Below, piece after piece: positions 19,177 to 27,141 of a DNA stretch of 64,000 bases (position 1 is its first letter; each line of letters starts with the position of its first letter). Origin of the DNA: Deltaproteobacteria bacterium (lineage in GTDB: Bacteria; Myxococcota_A; UBA796; UBA9615); contig PBPL01000101.1 of assembly GCA_002724675.1 (NCBI GenBank), positions 8 to 64,007 on the forward strand, in the 5' to 3' direction. The notes under the pieces were generated by a model. That model saw only the letters and a program-made list of their open reading frames with translations. It ran no database searches and was not told the DNA's origin. The position numbers were made by a program, and so were the translations under genes.

Positions 19177-20999
19177 CCTGGCAGCCGACTCATCGCGCGG
19201 GTGCGGCCATCCCGTTCACTCCGGGGTCGCCCACCTATCGCCTGAGGGACATCAGCCGAGCACAACAGATCCTTCGCGTCTGTGTACGCCACGGGTTCGG
19301 GCAGGTCATCTCTTCGCTGCCACTGCACCGGATCCCCGGCTTGGGCAAGGCGGTCGAGAGTGTCGAAGACCCCCAGGAAGGCACCGCTCCACGCCGACTC
19401 GTTCGTGCCATGCAGGAATTGGGACCGACCTTCGTCAAGCTGGGCCAGGTGCTGAGCACCCGACCCGACATCCTCCCCGAGTCCTACCTCACGGAGTTCG
19501 CCACACTGCAGGATCAGGTCCCTCCATTTGCTGGCACCACCGCACGAACCATCATTGAGGACGAGCTGGGGACGGAGATAGAGGATGTCTTTGATGGGTT
19601 TGAGGACCAGCCGGTCGCCTCAGCATCCATCGCCCAGGTACACAGAGCAAAGCTGCCAGACGGAACTGTGGTAGCGGTCAAAGTCCAGCGGCCAGGCATC
19701 GAGCAAACACTGCGCTCCGACATCAACATCCTCTATCTGCTGGCCGATCTCTTCACCGGGCAGCTGGACCTCGGCGTCACCTCACCCGTAGCCATTGTCG
19801 AAGCGTTCGACAGAGCGGTCTTCGTCGAGATCGACTTCCACTCGGAAGCAGCCAACGCCGAGGCCTTCAGCCAGGCGGTAGCTGACATCGAGGGAGTCAA
19901 GGTGCCGCGCATCCATCGAGCACTGAGCAGCCGACGTGTGCTCTGCATGGACTGGGTGACGGGGGTCAAGCTGTCCGATATCGACAGCACCAAGGCCGAC
20001 CGACAGTTGGTAATGGACCGCCTCGTAGAGGCTACGTATCAGCAGATCTTCGTGAGTGGAATCTTCCACGCGGACCCTCACCCGGGCAACTTGGTAGTGG
20101 ACGACAACTCGACGCTCAGCTTCCTGGACTTTGGTCTCATCGGCCGGATTACCCCAGAGATGCGAGACACACTGGAGTCGTTGTTCGTGGGGGCGGTCTT
20201 CCGGGACCCAGACACCATCGCCCGGACACTCTACCGAGTCGGGGCGGCAGAAGGCCGCGTGCAGATCCGGCAACTCAGCGCCGAGATTGAGGAACTCCTG
20301 GACCGACACGGCAACATCGCGCTCCAAGATCAGGACACCAGCCGCATCGCACTGGACGTCCTGGAGATTGCTCGCGGGCACGAACTGAAGTTGCCCGAAC
20401 AGTACGCGGTCCTGGCCCGCAGCGAGGTCACCCTCGACGGCATCGCACGAAGCCTTGTCCCCGACTGGGATCCCATCGAGGCGACGCGCCCCTACGCCAA
20501 CCGACTGGCAGCAGATCGCCTCGACCCACAGCGCATGGGCGGAGATCTACTCCGAACGGGCCTGTCCACAGCGACTCTGCTCAAGGACCTCCCCTCGCAA
20601 GTGGACCAACTCATGCTGGACCTCGAGCGAGGCAAGCTGATGCTCAACACGGCGGTGCCTGAACTGAACGAGTTGACTCGAACCCTCGATCGACTGGGCC
20701 GTGCGCTCATCTTCGCCCTGGGCGCCTCAGCATTCCTCGTGTCGGCCTCCACCCTGATGGCTGTGCTCGTCCAGCAAGAGGCTCAGTCCGAGGGCTACGG
20801 GCTCGTAGGAACCTTGCTGGCGTTCACCGTCGTCGTGGGGCTCGGGCTGGCCACCCTCGTTGCCGGTGGACTGATCACCGCCCTGCTCTGGAACCTGTTC
20901 TTCAAGGAGCCTTTCCAGAAGATCCGATGGACTTGGCTCCTTCGCTTCATACCAGGTCTGGAACGAGGTTCCCGGGCCGATCGGCAGAACAGCCGTTGA
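19173..20999 (+). CDS. ABC1/UbiB-family atypical kinase with a C-terminal TM anchor
   Basis: ELGPTFVKLGQVLSTRPDILPESY...FATLQDQVPPF, ASIAQVHRAKL and GIFHADPHPGNL are ABC1/UbiB signatures. Hydrophobic C-terminus. GTG 19173 is preceded by GGGAGG. The listed ORF start at 18684 overlaps the upstream gene. Confidence 0.85.
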   Translation: MTWQPTHRAGAAIPFTPGSPTYRLRDISRAQQILRVCVRHGFGQVISSLPLHRIPGLGKAVESVEDPQEGTAPRRLVRAMQELGPTFVKLGQVLSTRPDILPESYLTEFATLQDQVPPFAGTTARTIIEDELGTEIEDVFDGFEDQPVASASIAQVHRAKLPDGTVVAVKVQRPGIEQTLRSDINILYLLADLFTGQLDLGVTSPVAIVEAFDRAVFVEIDFHSEAANAEAFSQAVADIEGVKVPRIHRALSSRRVLCMDWVTGVKLSDIDSTKADRQLVMDRLVEATYQQIFVSGIFHADPHPGNLVVDDNSTLSFLDFGLIGRITPEMRDTLESLFVGAVFRDPDTIARTLYRVGAAEGRVQIRQLSAEIEELLDRHGNIALQDQDTSRIALDVLEIARGHELKLPEQYAVLARSEVTLDGIARSLVPDWDPIEATRPYANRLAADRLDPQRMGGDLLRTGLSTATLLKDLPSQVDQLMLDLERGKLMLNTAVPELNELTRTLDRLGRALIFALGASAFLVSASTLMAVLVQQEAQSEGYGLVGTLLAFTVVVGLGLATLVAGGLITALLWNLFFKEPFQKIRWTWLLRFIPGLERGSRADRQNSR

Positions 21000-21081
21000 A
21001 GCTGGCTGGACTCGGGCTCGCAGCCACTGGTAGCATTCGCCGGCTGAAGTCCAAGCTCTTCTGTACCCTCCCCGGAAACTC

Positions 21082-22857
21082 ATGACAACGACCAGCATCA
21101 GCGTTCAGGCCGCCCAGGATCATCCTCTACCCGACCACGCTCCCGGCGATCGCATCGGGGGCCACTACGAGGTAATTGAGAAGCTGGGAGACGGCATGCT
21201 AGGGGCTGTCTACAAGGTCAAGCACGAGGCCACAGGCGAGGTCGTGGCTCTGAAGCTCATCCGGCCTCAGCTCGTGGCCGAGGACATCGACATCAATCGA
21301 TTCAACCACGAGTTGCAGATTGCCAAGGGATTCGACCACCCGGGCATCGTCAAGTTGCTGGACAGTGGGGAGGCGGATGGAACGCTCTACCTCACGTCCG
21401 AGTTGATCGAGGGCGAGTCTCTTCGAGATCTGATCACCAAGTACCGCTCCCGCGGTGAAGACCTACCGCTCGACGAGGTTCACGAGATACTGGACGAGGT
21501 TCTCGAAGCCCTCAAGCATGCGCACGGGACCACCATCCACCGGGATCTCAAGCCAGAGAACATCCTGCTCTATGACGTCCCCGACAAGGACGGACAGTTG
21601 ATGCGTAAGGTCAAGGTCAGCGACTTTGCGATCGCCAACGTGGTCAGCCCCACGATCTTCGCGACTTCGTATCTCAATCGAGAGAACGCCTTCTATCTCG
21701 CACCCGAGATGTCCGAATTCCGGGACAAGACAGCCCCCAACAGCGATCTGTACTCGGTGGGCGCCATCCTCTACGAGATGCTGTTGGGCTATCCCCCCAC
21801 TGGCGTCTACGAGATGCCCTCGGACATCCGCAGTGGCGAGGTGCCCAACAGTATCGATGACTTTGTGGAGATCGCCCTCGCTCCCAACCCCCAAGATCGC
21901 TTCCAGCGATGCGAAGACATGCAGAGCGCTCTGGAGCAAGCGTTCTCCGAGGTGTATTTGGTCTCTGAGACCAACATGAGGCGCACGCTCCTCCTGCTCT
22001 TGCTGTTGGCGGCAGCACTCATGGCGGCCGGCGTTTACTTTCAGCAGAGCAAGCCGACCCCTGAAGAGATCCTGGCCAGTGACTACCGGCATCGGGACGC
22101 CATGCGGGAACGGATCAAGATGGAGAACGGCCAACCCGAAAAGGCCCCCGCAATCGACCCGAACAATCCCGACCACGCGAAGTACGCGGGCATGCAGTAC
22201 GTGCCTGCAGGTCAGTTCATACGCGGCAAGTTCCGATTCGCCTCGGAAGAACTCACGGCGATGCAAGGCAAGGGCGAGCTAGACGAGCAAGTCGTACAGG
22301 TGGATGGCTTTTGGATCGATCAGTACGAGATGCACTACGCCCCCAAGGAAGTGCTGGAGGAAGACTCTGAAGCACTCAGTGAAGAGAAAACCCGCTGGAA
22401 CGAGAACACCGCCTACGGCCCGGTCCGCGAGGTCACTTGGACTGAGGCCAAGGCCGAGTGCGAGCGGCTCTCCAAGAGGCTCTGCACGGAAGATGAGTGG
22501 GAGAAGGCCTGCAAGGGGCCCAGCAATTCCATCTATGCCTATGGCGACGACCCGGCGATCACCGTCTACAACCCGCAGGGCAGCGAGATCACCAGTGAGG
22601 GCATCTGCCTGGAGTCGGGCTTCAAGCGTGGGGACAAGGTCAACAGTCTCCCGGCCTGCAAGAGTGCCTACGGCGTCTCTGGAATGTCAGGAGGCGTCGC
22701 TGAGTGGACTTCCACCCAGACCCCGGACGGCAAGAATTACATCGTCAAGCCTGGGCCTCGCGGTGGAGACGCACTCAACACCCGGTGTTCAGGACGCAAT
22801 GACCGACCACCCACGTTCTCTCAGATCCACGTGGGCGCTCGCTGCTGCGCAGACTGA
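21082..22857 (+). CDS. Ser/Thr protein kinase - TM - FGE/SUMF1 (formylglycine-generating enzyme-like) domain fusion
   Basis: Kinase motifs GDGMLGAVYKV, VALKLI, HRDLKPENILL, SDFAIA (DFG is changed to DFA) and YLAPEM. One TM helix (LLLLLLLAAALMAAGVYF). The C-terminal FGE-like domain carries YVPAGQFIRGKF, VTWTEAKAECERL, GVAEWT and HVGARCCAD. Confidence 0.85.
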   Translation: MTTTSISVQAAQDHPLPDHAPGDRIGGHYEVIEKLGDGMLGAVYKVKHEATGEVVALKLIRPQLVAEDIDINRFNHELQIAKGFDHPGIVKLLDSGEADGTLYLTSELIEGESLRDLITKYRSRGEDLPLDEVHEILDEVLEALKHAHGTTIHRDLKPENILLYDVPDKDGQLMRKVKVSDFAIANVVSPTIFATSYLNRENAFYLAPEMSEFRDKTAPNSDLYSVGAILYEMLLGYPPTGVYEMPSDIRSGEVPNSIDDFVEIALAPNPQDRFQRCEDMQSALEQAFSEVYLVSETNMRRTLLLLLLLAAALMAAGVYFQQSKPTPEEILASDYRHRDAMRERIKMENGQPEKAPAIDPNNPDHAKYAGMQYVPAGQFIRGKFRFASEELTAMQGKGELDEQVVQVDGFWIDQYEMHYAPKEVLEEDSEALSEEKTRWNENTAYGPVREVTWTEAKAECERLSKRLCTEDEWEKACKGPSNSIYAYGDDPAITVYNPQGSEITSEGICLESGFKRGDKVNSLPACKSAYGVSGMSGGVAEWTSTQTPDGKNYIVKPGPRGGDALNTRCSGRNDRPPTFSQIHVGARCCAD

Positions 22858-22879
22858 GTCGACGCCTGATCCGATTCCA

Positions 22880-23737
22880 TCACCGAGAGCGACGGCGGCG
22901 GATGGTGACCTCCTCGTCAAACTCCGTCATGGGTCCTCCAGCTGAATCCACCGGACGGTCTCGCAGCTCACGCAGGATCAATCCGTACACGTAAGGATCT
23001 TCCACAAGGTCCATGTGACCTAGCTCGCGCACCACCACATTGCGCACGTCCTGGCCGTTGGCCACGGTCAGCGTGGAGAATCGGTGGGGACTGACAATGT
23101 CCGACGTCGAGTAGACAGAGACCAGGCGTACACCCTGGGGAAAAGGCTCTTCGTTGAGTTCTCGAATGAGGCCGGACCCAGGAAAGAGCTGCCACAGGCT
23201 TCTGGAAACCAGCAACAGCCCCACTCCGGCACCGATGGCAGCAACAGGGGTCCCATGGTGGGGAGTGCCAAGGGTGATGACTGTTCGAACGTATTCGTGG
23301 CCGCCAGCGCGCTGCACCAGATAGCGCGCAATGAGCCCCCCCTTGCTGTGACCGATGATGTGCAGATGACCAAACCCTCGGCGCTCCTGAAGTCGACGAA
23401 TCTTGACGTCGATCATCTGCGCCAGGCTGGCGATGCTCCGGGTGTTGAAGTTCCCCAGCAAGCCACCCAAGTGGAACGAGAGCACGCGATATCCATCTGC
23501 CCGCAGTCGATCCTCCAGCGTCCGCATGACGGCCCGAGTCTGAAAGAATCCCTGGATCAACAGGACGGTCTCTCCATCCATTCCGCTGTCATCGCGACGG
23601 ACGACTCCATCCCCCATGTAGTACTCCAGGCTCCCGATATTTCCGGAGAGAGTTCGACCAATCAGTCGACCTATCCGAAAGGGGCTGAAGCGTCGTGAAC
23701 GACCGACCATGAGAGCTCCAAGTCCAGGCCTCGGCAA
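22880..23737 (-). CDS. Alpha/beta hydrolase (lipase/esterase, PGAP1-like)
   Basis: Nucleophile elbow HIIGHSKGG, followed by VITLGTPHHGT. The exact start is uncertain (the N-terminus is Arg-rich). Confidence 0.7.
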   Translation of the reverse strand: MPRPGLGALMVGRSRRFSPFRIGRLIGRTLSGNIGSLEYYMGDGVVRRDDSGMDGETVLLIQGFFQTRAVMRTLEDRLRADGYRVLSFHLGGLLGNFNTRSIASLAQMIDVKIRRLQERRGFGHLHIIGHSKGGLIARYLVQRAGGHEYVRTVITLGTPHHGTPVAAIGAGVGLLLVSRSLWQLFPGSGLIRELNEEPFPQGVRLVSVYSTSDIVSPHRFSTLTVANGQDVRNVVVRELGHMDLVEDPYVYGLILRELRDRPVDSAGGPMTEFDEEVTIRRRRSR

Positions 23738-23775
23738 AGAGACTGGGACCGGCGGAGAATAGGCAGGTCAACGCG

Positions 23776-23831
23776 CCTTGCAAAGCCCCCCCCTGCCGAG
23801 TCCAATTACAGGCCTCATCCTCCTTGCAAAG
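23776..23831 (+). promoter_or_regulatory. Two direct copies of CCTTGCAAAG (near-palindromic TTGCAA core) 46 bp apart, upstream of purM
   Basis: Exact 10-mers at 23776-23785 and 23822-23831 in the 173-bp region between the hydrolase start and the purM start. Any function is unproven. Confidence 0.3.
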
Positions 23832-23910
23832 GTCCCCTCTGTCCTGCATCATGCCGCCGTTCCCGGGAGTGGAATCGGCATGCGATTCTGCCCCTCGCGA
23901 GCACGGGCCG

Positions 23911-24975
23911 ATGCAGGCGGCCCCGGGGGCTTCCGTGGTCCAGGACCGCTACAAAGAGGCTGGTGTCGACATTGATGCTGGAGCCCTGCTCGTCGATCGC
24001 ATCTCCCCACTAGCCCGCTCGACGATGCGCGACGAGGTCCTTGGAGGCCTGGGGCACTTCGGTGCCATGTGGTCCATCCCAGCCGGGCGCTACAACGACC
24101 TGGTGCTCGTCTCTGCCACAGACGGGGTTGGCACCAAGCTGAAGGTCGCCCAAGCGGCCAACCGCCATGACACGATTGGGATCGACCTGGTCGCCATGTG
24201 CGTCAACGACATCATCTGCACCGGCGCCGAGCCCTTCTTCTTTCTGGACTACTTCGCCTCGGGCAAGCTCGATGTGGACGTCGCCGAGGCGGTCGTAAGC
24301 GGGATCGCGGAGGGCTGTCGCCAGGCGGGCTGTGCGCTGGTCGGCGGCGAGACCGCAGAAATGCCGGGTGTCTATGACCCAGGCGTCTACGATCTTGCGG
24401 GTTTTTCGGTCGGGGGCGCGGAGCGCAGCGCAATCCTCGATGGGACCAGCGTTCGTTCGGGGATGGCCGTGGTGGGGCTCACCTCTTCAGGACTACACAG
24501 CAACGGCTATTCGCTGGTGCGCCGCATCCTGTTCGACGAGTTGAGCCTGGACATGAACGCTCCTCTGCCGGGCACCGATCACACCATCGCCGACGAGCTG
24601 CTGCAGCCGACGCGCATCTACGTTCGACCGGTACTAGCCGTCCTGGAAGAGGTCTCCGTGGCCGCCATCGCCCACATCACAGGCGGCGGTCTCCTGGAGA
24701 ATATTCCTCGAGTCATTCCCGAGGACCTGGCTGTACGAGTGGAACGTGAGTCGTGGAGCCTACCTGCTATCTACGAGTTCCTGGAGACCGAGGGGCGCCT
24801 GTCCCAGACCGATCTGCTCCGGACGTTCAACTGCGGGGTAGGCATGGTCCTACTCGTGGACCGCGACCAGGCGAGTACTACGGTCTCCATTCTCGACAAG
24901 CATGGTCAAGAAGCATTCGTCTTGGGGGAGGTTGTGGAGCGACCGGAGGGCTGCTCAGGGGTTCTCGTTTCATGA
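23911..24975 (+). CDS. purM: Phosphoribosylformylglycinamidine cyclo-ligase (AIR synthetase)
   Basis: YKEAGVDIDAG...GGLGHFGAMW...LVSATDGVGTKL...VGGETAEMPG. I chose ATG 23911 because the PurM N-terminal homology begins there. Confidence 0.92.
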   Translation: MQAAPGASVVQDRYKEAGVDIDAGALLVDRISPLARSTMRDEVLGGLGHFGAMWSIPAGRYNDLVLVSATDGVGTKLKVAQAANRHDTIGIDLVAMCVNDIICTGAEPFFFLDYFASGKLDVDVAEAVVSGIAEGCRQAGCALVGGETAEMPGVYDPGVYDLAGFSVGGAERSAILDGTSVRSGMAVVGLTSSGLHSNGYSLVRRILFDELSLDMNAPLPGTDHTIADELLQPTRIYVRPVLAVLEEVSVAAIAHITGGGLLENIPRVIPEDLAVRVERESWSLPAIYEFLETEGRLSQTDLLRTFNCGVGMVLLVDRDQASTTVSILDKHGQEAFVLGEVVERPEGCSGVLVS

Positions 24976-25622
24976 CCCGACCCGGACCCCGGGCTGCCAT
25001 TCTCATCTCTGGCCGTGGCTCCAACATGGCGGCCATTCTCGACAATGCAACCGCAGAGGGCTGGTCGGATCAGATCGCGCTGGTCGCATCCAATCGGCCC
25101 GAAGCAGAAGGCCTCGGGCTCGCCACGGCTCGGGGGGTTCCAACAGCAGTGCTGGACCACCAGCCGTATGGCACCGAGCACAGAGGACGCTTCGACACTG
25201 ATCTGGCTGAGCTCGTCCTCGCGCACGGAGCAACCTGGGTCGTTCTTGCCGGGTTCATGCGCATCCTCGGCCCAGGCTTTCTGAGCCACTTTCCAGATCG
25301 AATCCTCAACATCCACCCGAGTCTGCTACCCAGACATCCTGGGCTCCACACACACCGACGGGCCCTAGAAGCTGGCGACCGTGAGCACGGCTGTACCGTA
25401 CACTTGGTCAACGAGAGCCTAGATGGTGGCCCCATCCTCGCTCAGAAAGCAGTCCCCATCCTTCCCGATGACGACGAAGACCGACTGGCGGCCAGGGTTC
25501 TAGTGGAAGAACAGCGACTCTTCCCGCAAGTCGTCCGCGCTGCGCTCGAGGGTCGACTACAACGCAGTGATGCCTGTGGCGACCCCGCCAGTTCCTCTCA
25601 AACGAAGGCTGTGTTCACGTGA
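24972..25622 (+). CDS. purN: Phosphoribosylglycinamide formyltransferase
   Basis: AILISGRGSNMAAIL, LAGFMRIL, NIHPSLLP and GCTVHLV motifs. ATGA overlap with the purM stop. Confidence 0.92.
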   Translation: MTRPGPRAAILISGRGSNMAAILDNATAEGWSDQIALVASNRPEAEGLGLATARGVPTAVLDHQPYGTEHRGRFDTDLAELVLAHGATWVVLAGFMRILGPGFLSHFPDRILNIHPSLLPRHPGLHTHRRALEAGDREHGCTVHLVNESLDGGPILAQKAVPILPDDDEDRLAARVLVEEQRLFPQVVRAALEGRLQRSDACGDPASSSQTKAVFT

Positions 25623-27103
25623 TCTCCCGAAACTACGACGTCTTGGTCGTCGATCCGTCCCCAGGTGCACTCATTGCCGCCGCTCTCCTGGCCCGGGCTG
25701 GTCTGTCGGTCCTTGTCCTGGATCCCGAAGAGACACCAGGCCGAGTGGGACCGTTCCGCTTTGCCCGCCACCGCCCCCCAGTGGTGGGCTTCGGCGGCGG
25801 CCATCTCCTTCCCCGAACATTGAAGGCGCTGAAGTTTCATCCCCACGAGCTCCAGGCCCTGCGCAGAGGGGACCCGGGGCTCCAGGTCATCAGTAGTCGG
25901 CATCGTATCGACCTCCACTCCGACCCAGAGGCCATGGACGCCGAGTTTCGACGTGAATATCCGAGGCAGGCCAGAGAACTCAGTTCTGTGGTTCGCAAGA
26001 GCCTCGCTTCTGCCCAGTCGTTCGCCGAGGCGCTGGAGCGAGCCACCGAAGAGGCTGGTCAGGTGGGGCTACTCCAGAGCGTCGGTCTGCAGCGACCCAA
26101 GTGGAACCCGCCACTGCCCCCCCAAGATGTCCCTACATGGGGAGAGTTCCTCGATGACAGCGACCTGGCCGACTCGGGCAGGCTGCTGCTTCGGGGACTC
26201 CTGAGGCCCTTCTGCTCGCTGGACGTGGTCGAGGATCTACCCCTGCCAGTGGCAGGCATCCACCTTGCGGCTGCTTTGGACGGTGCGTTCTCCGATCCGG
26301 GCGAGGAGGACCCGCTACTGACCCTCTTGTTGCGTCGGGTGCGGGCCATGCGTGTCGACGTACTGCCCGCCCACCTCGAGCGCCTCGAGGGCAACCGGCG
26401 TCGGATTGAGCGGGCGATCTTCGAGGGCGGCACAGATCCCATGCCTGTGGAACTCCTTGTCACCGGGGGCGACCCAGAAGACCTGCTCCCGCTGCTGCCA
26501 GGCAAGCCTCGGCCCTACCAAAAAGTGCTGAGTCAGCTGGCGCCGTCACACTTCCGCTACTCCATCTACATCGGGGTTCAGGGCGACGTCATCCCTCCAG
26601 ACCTAGCCGAACAAGCGGTACTCCTGGATGACGAAGACCCCGATGGGGACGCAGGCTGCATGCTTCTGTCCACCTCGCCACCGGACAGTCCCTTGGCCCC
26701 CGGCGAGTTCCGTTCACTGACGCTATCGACACTGCTTCCCTACACAGAAGACGGCCAGCTGCCTGGCAACCTGGAGGGCGTGGCCGCAGCCATGCTCGAT
26801 CGGGTGAAGTGGCTGATGCCCTTCCTAGAACGACATATCGAGGTGCTTCACGTCCCCACGCTGAACGAGCTAGAGGACTCTGACGCGCACATTGCCATCG
26901 ACCCTCGTCCTGTGGCCTACACCCCAGCGATCCCTCCTGCAGAAGACCCCGTCGCTGCCGGGCTCGGAGTCTACCTCCCCCATCGCAACGTCTTCTGTGC
27001 CGGTCCCGCCGCATTCCCTGCGCTGGGGCTCGGTGGTGAAGGGCTGGCGGGTCGACTGGTAGAACGGGTCGCGCTGGCAGGGCTCAAGCGAACGACCGAA
27101 TAA
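25619..27103 (+). CDS. Phytoene-desaturase-like / NAD(P)-FAD oxidoreductase-fold protein with a degenerate dinucleotide-binding motif
   Basis: GTGA overlap with the purN stop. The N-terminal beta-alpha-beta YDVLVVDPSPGALIAAALLARAGLSVLVLDPEE has DPSPGA where GxGxxG is expected. The rest of the sequence gives only a weak family assignment. Confidence 0.45.
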   Translation: MISRNYDVLVVDPSPGALIAAALLARAGLSVLVLDPEETPGRVGPFRFARHRPPVVGFGGGHLLPRTLKALKFHPHELQALRRGDPGLQVISSRHRIDLHSDPEAMDAEFRREYPRQARELSSVVRKSLASAQSFAEALERATEEAGQVGLLQSVGLQRPKWNPPLPPQDVPTWGEFLDDSDLADSGRLLLRGLLRPFCSLDVVEDLPLPVAGIHLAAALDGAFSDPGEEDPLLTLLLRRVRAMRVDVLPAHLERLEGNRRRIERAIFEGGTDPMPVELLVTGGDPEDLLPLLPGKPRPYQKVLSQLAPSHFRYSIYIGVQGDVIPPDLAEQAVLLDDEDPDGDAGCMLLSTSPPDSPLAPGEFRSLTLSTLLPYTEDGQLPGNLEGVAAAMLDRVKWLMPFLERHIEVLHVPTLNELEDSDAHIAIDPRPVAYTPAIPPAEDPVAAGLGVYLPHRNVFCAGPAAFPALGLGGEGLAGRLVERVALAGLKRTTE

Positions 27104-27118
27104 CCTCTAGGGCGCTGG

Positions 27119-27138
27119 GCTGGCAGACACCCGCCAGC
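27119..27138. terminator. GC hairpin between convergent genes (candidate bidirectional terminator)
   Basis: GCTGGC-AGACACCC-GCCAGC, a 6-bp stem in the 38-bp gap between the oxidoreductase-like gene and relA. No U-tract. Confidence 0.3.
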
Positions 27139-27141
27139 GGG

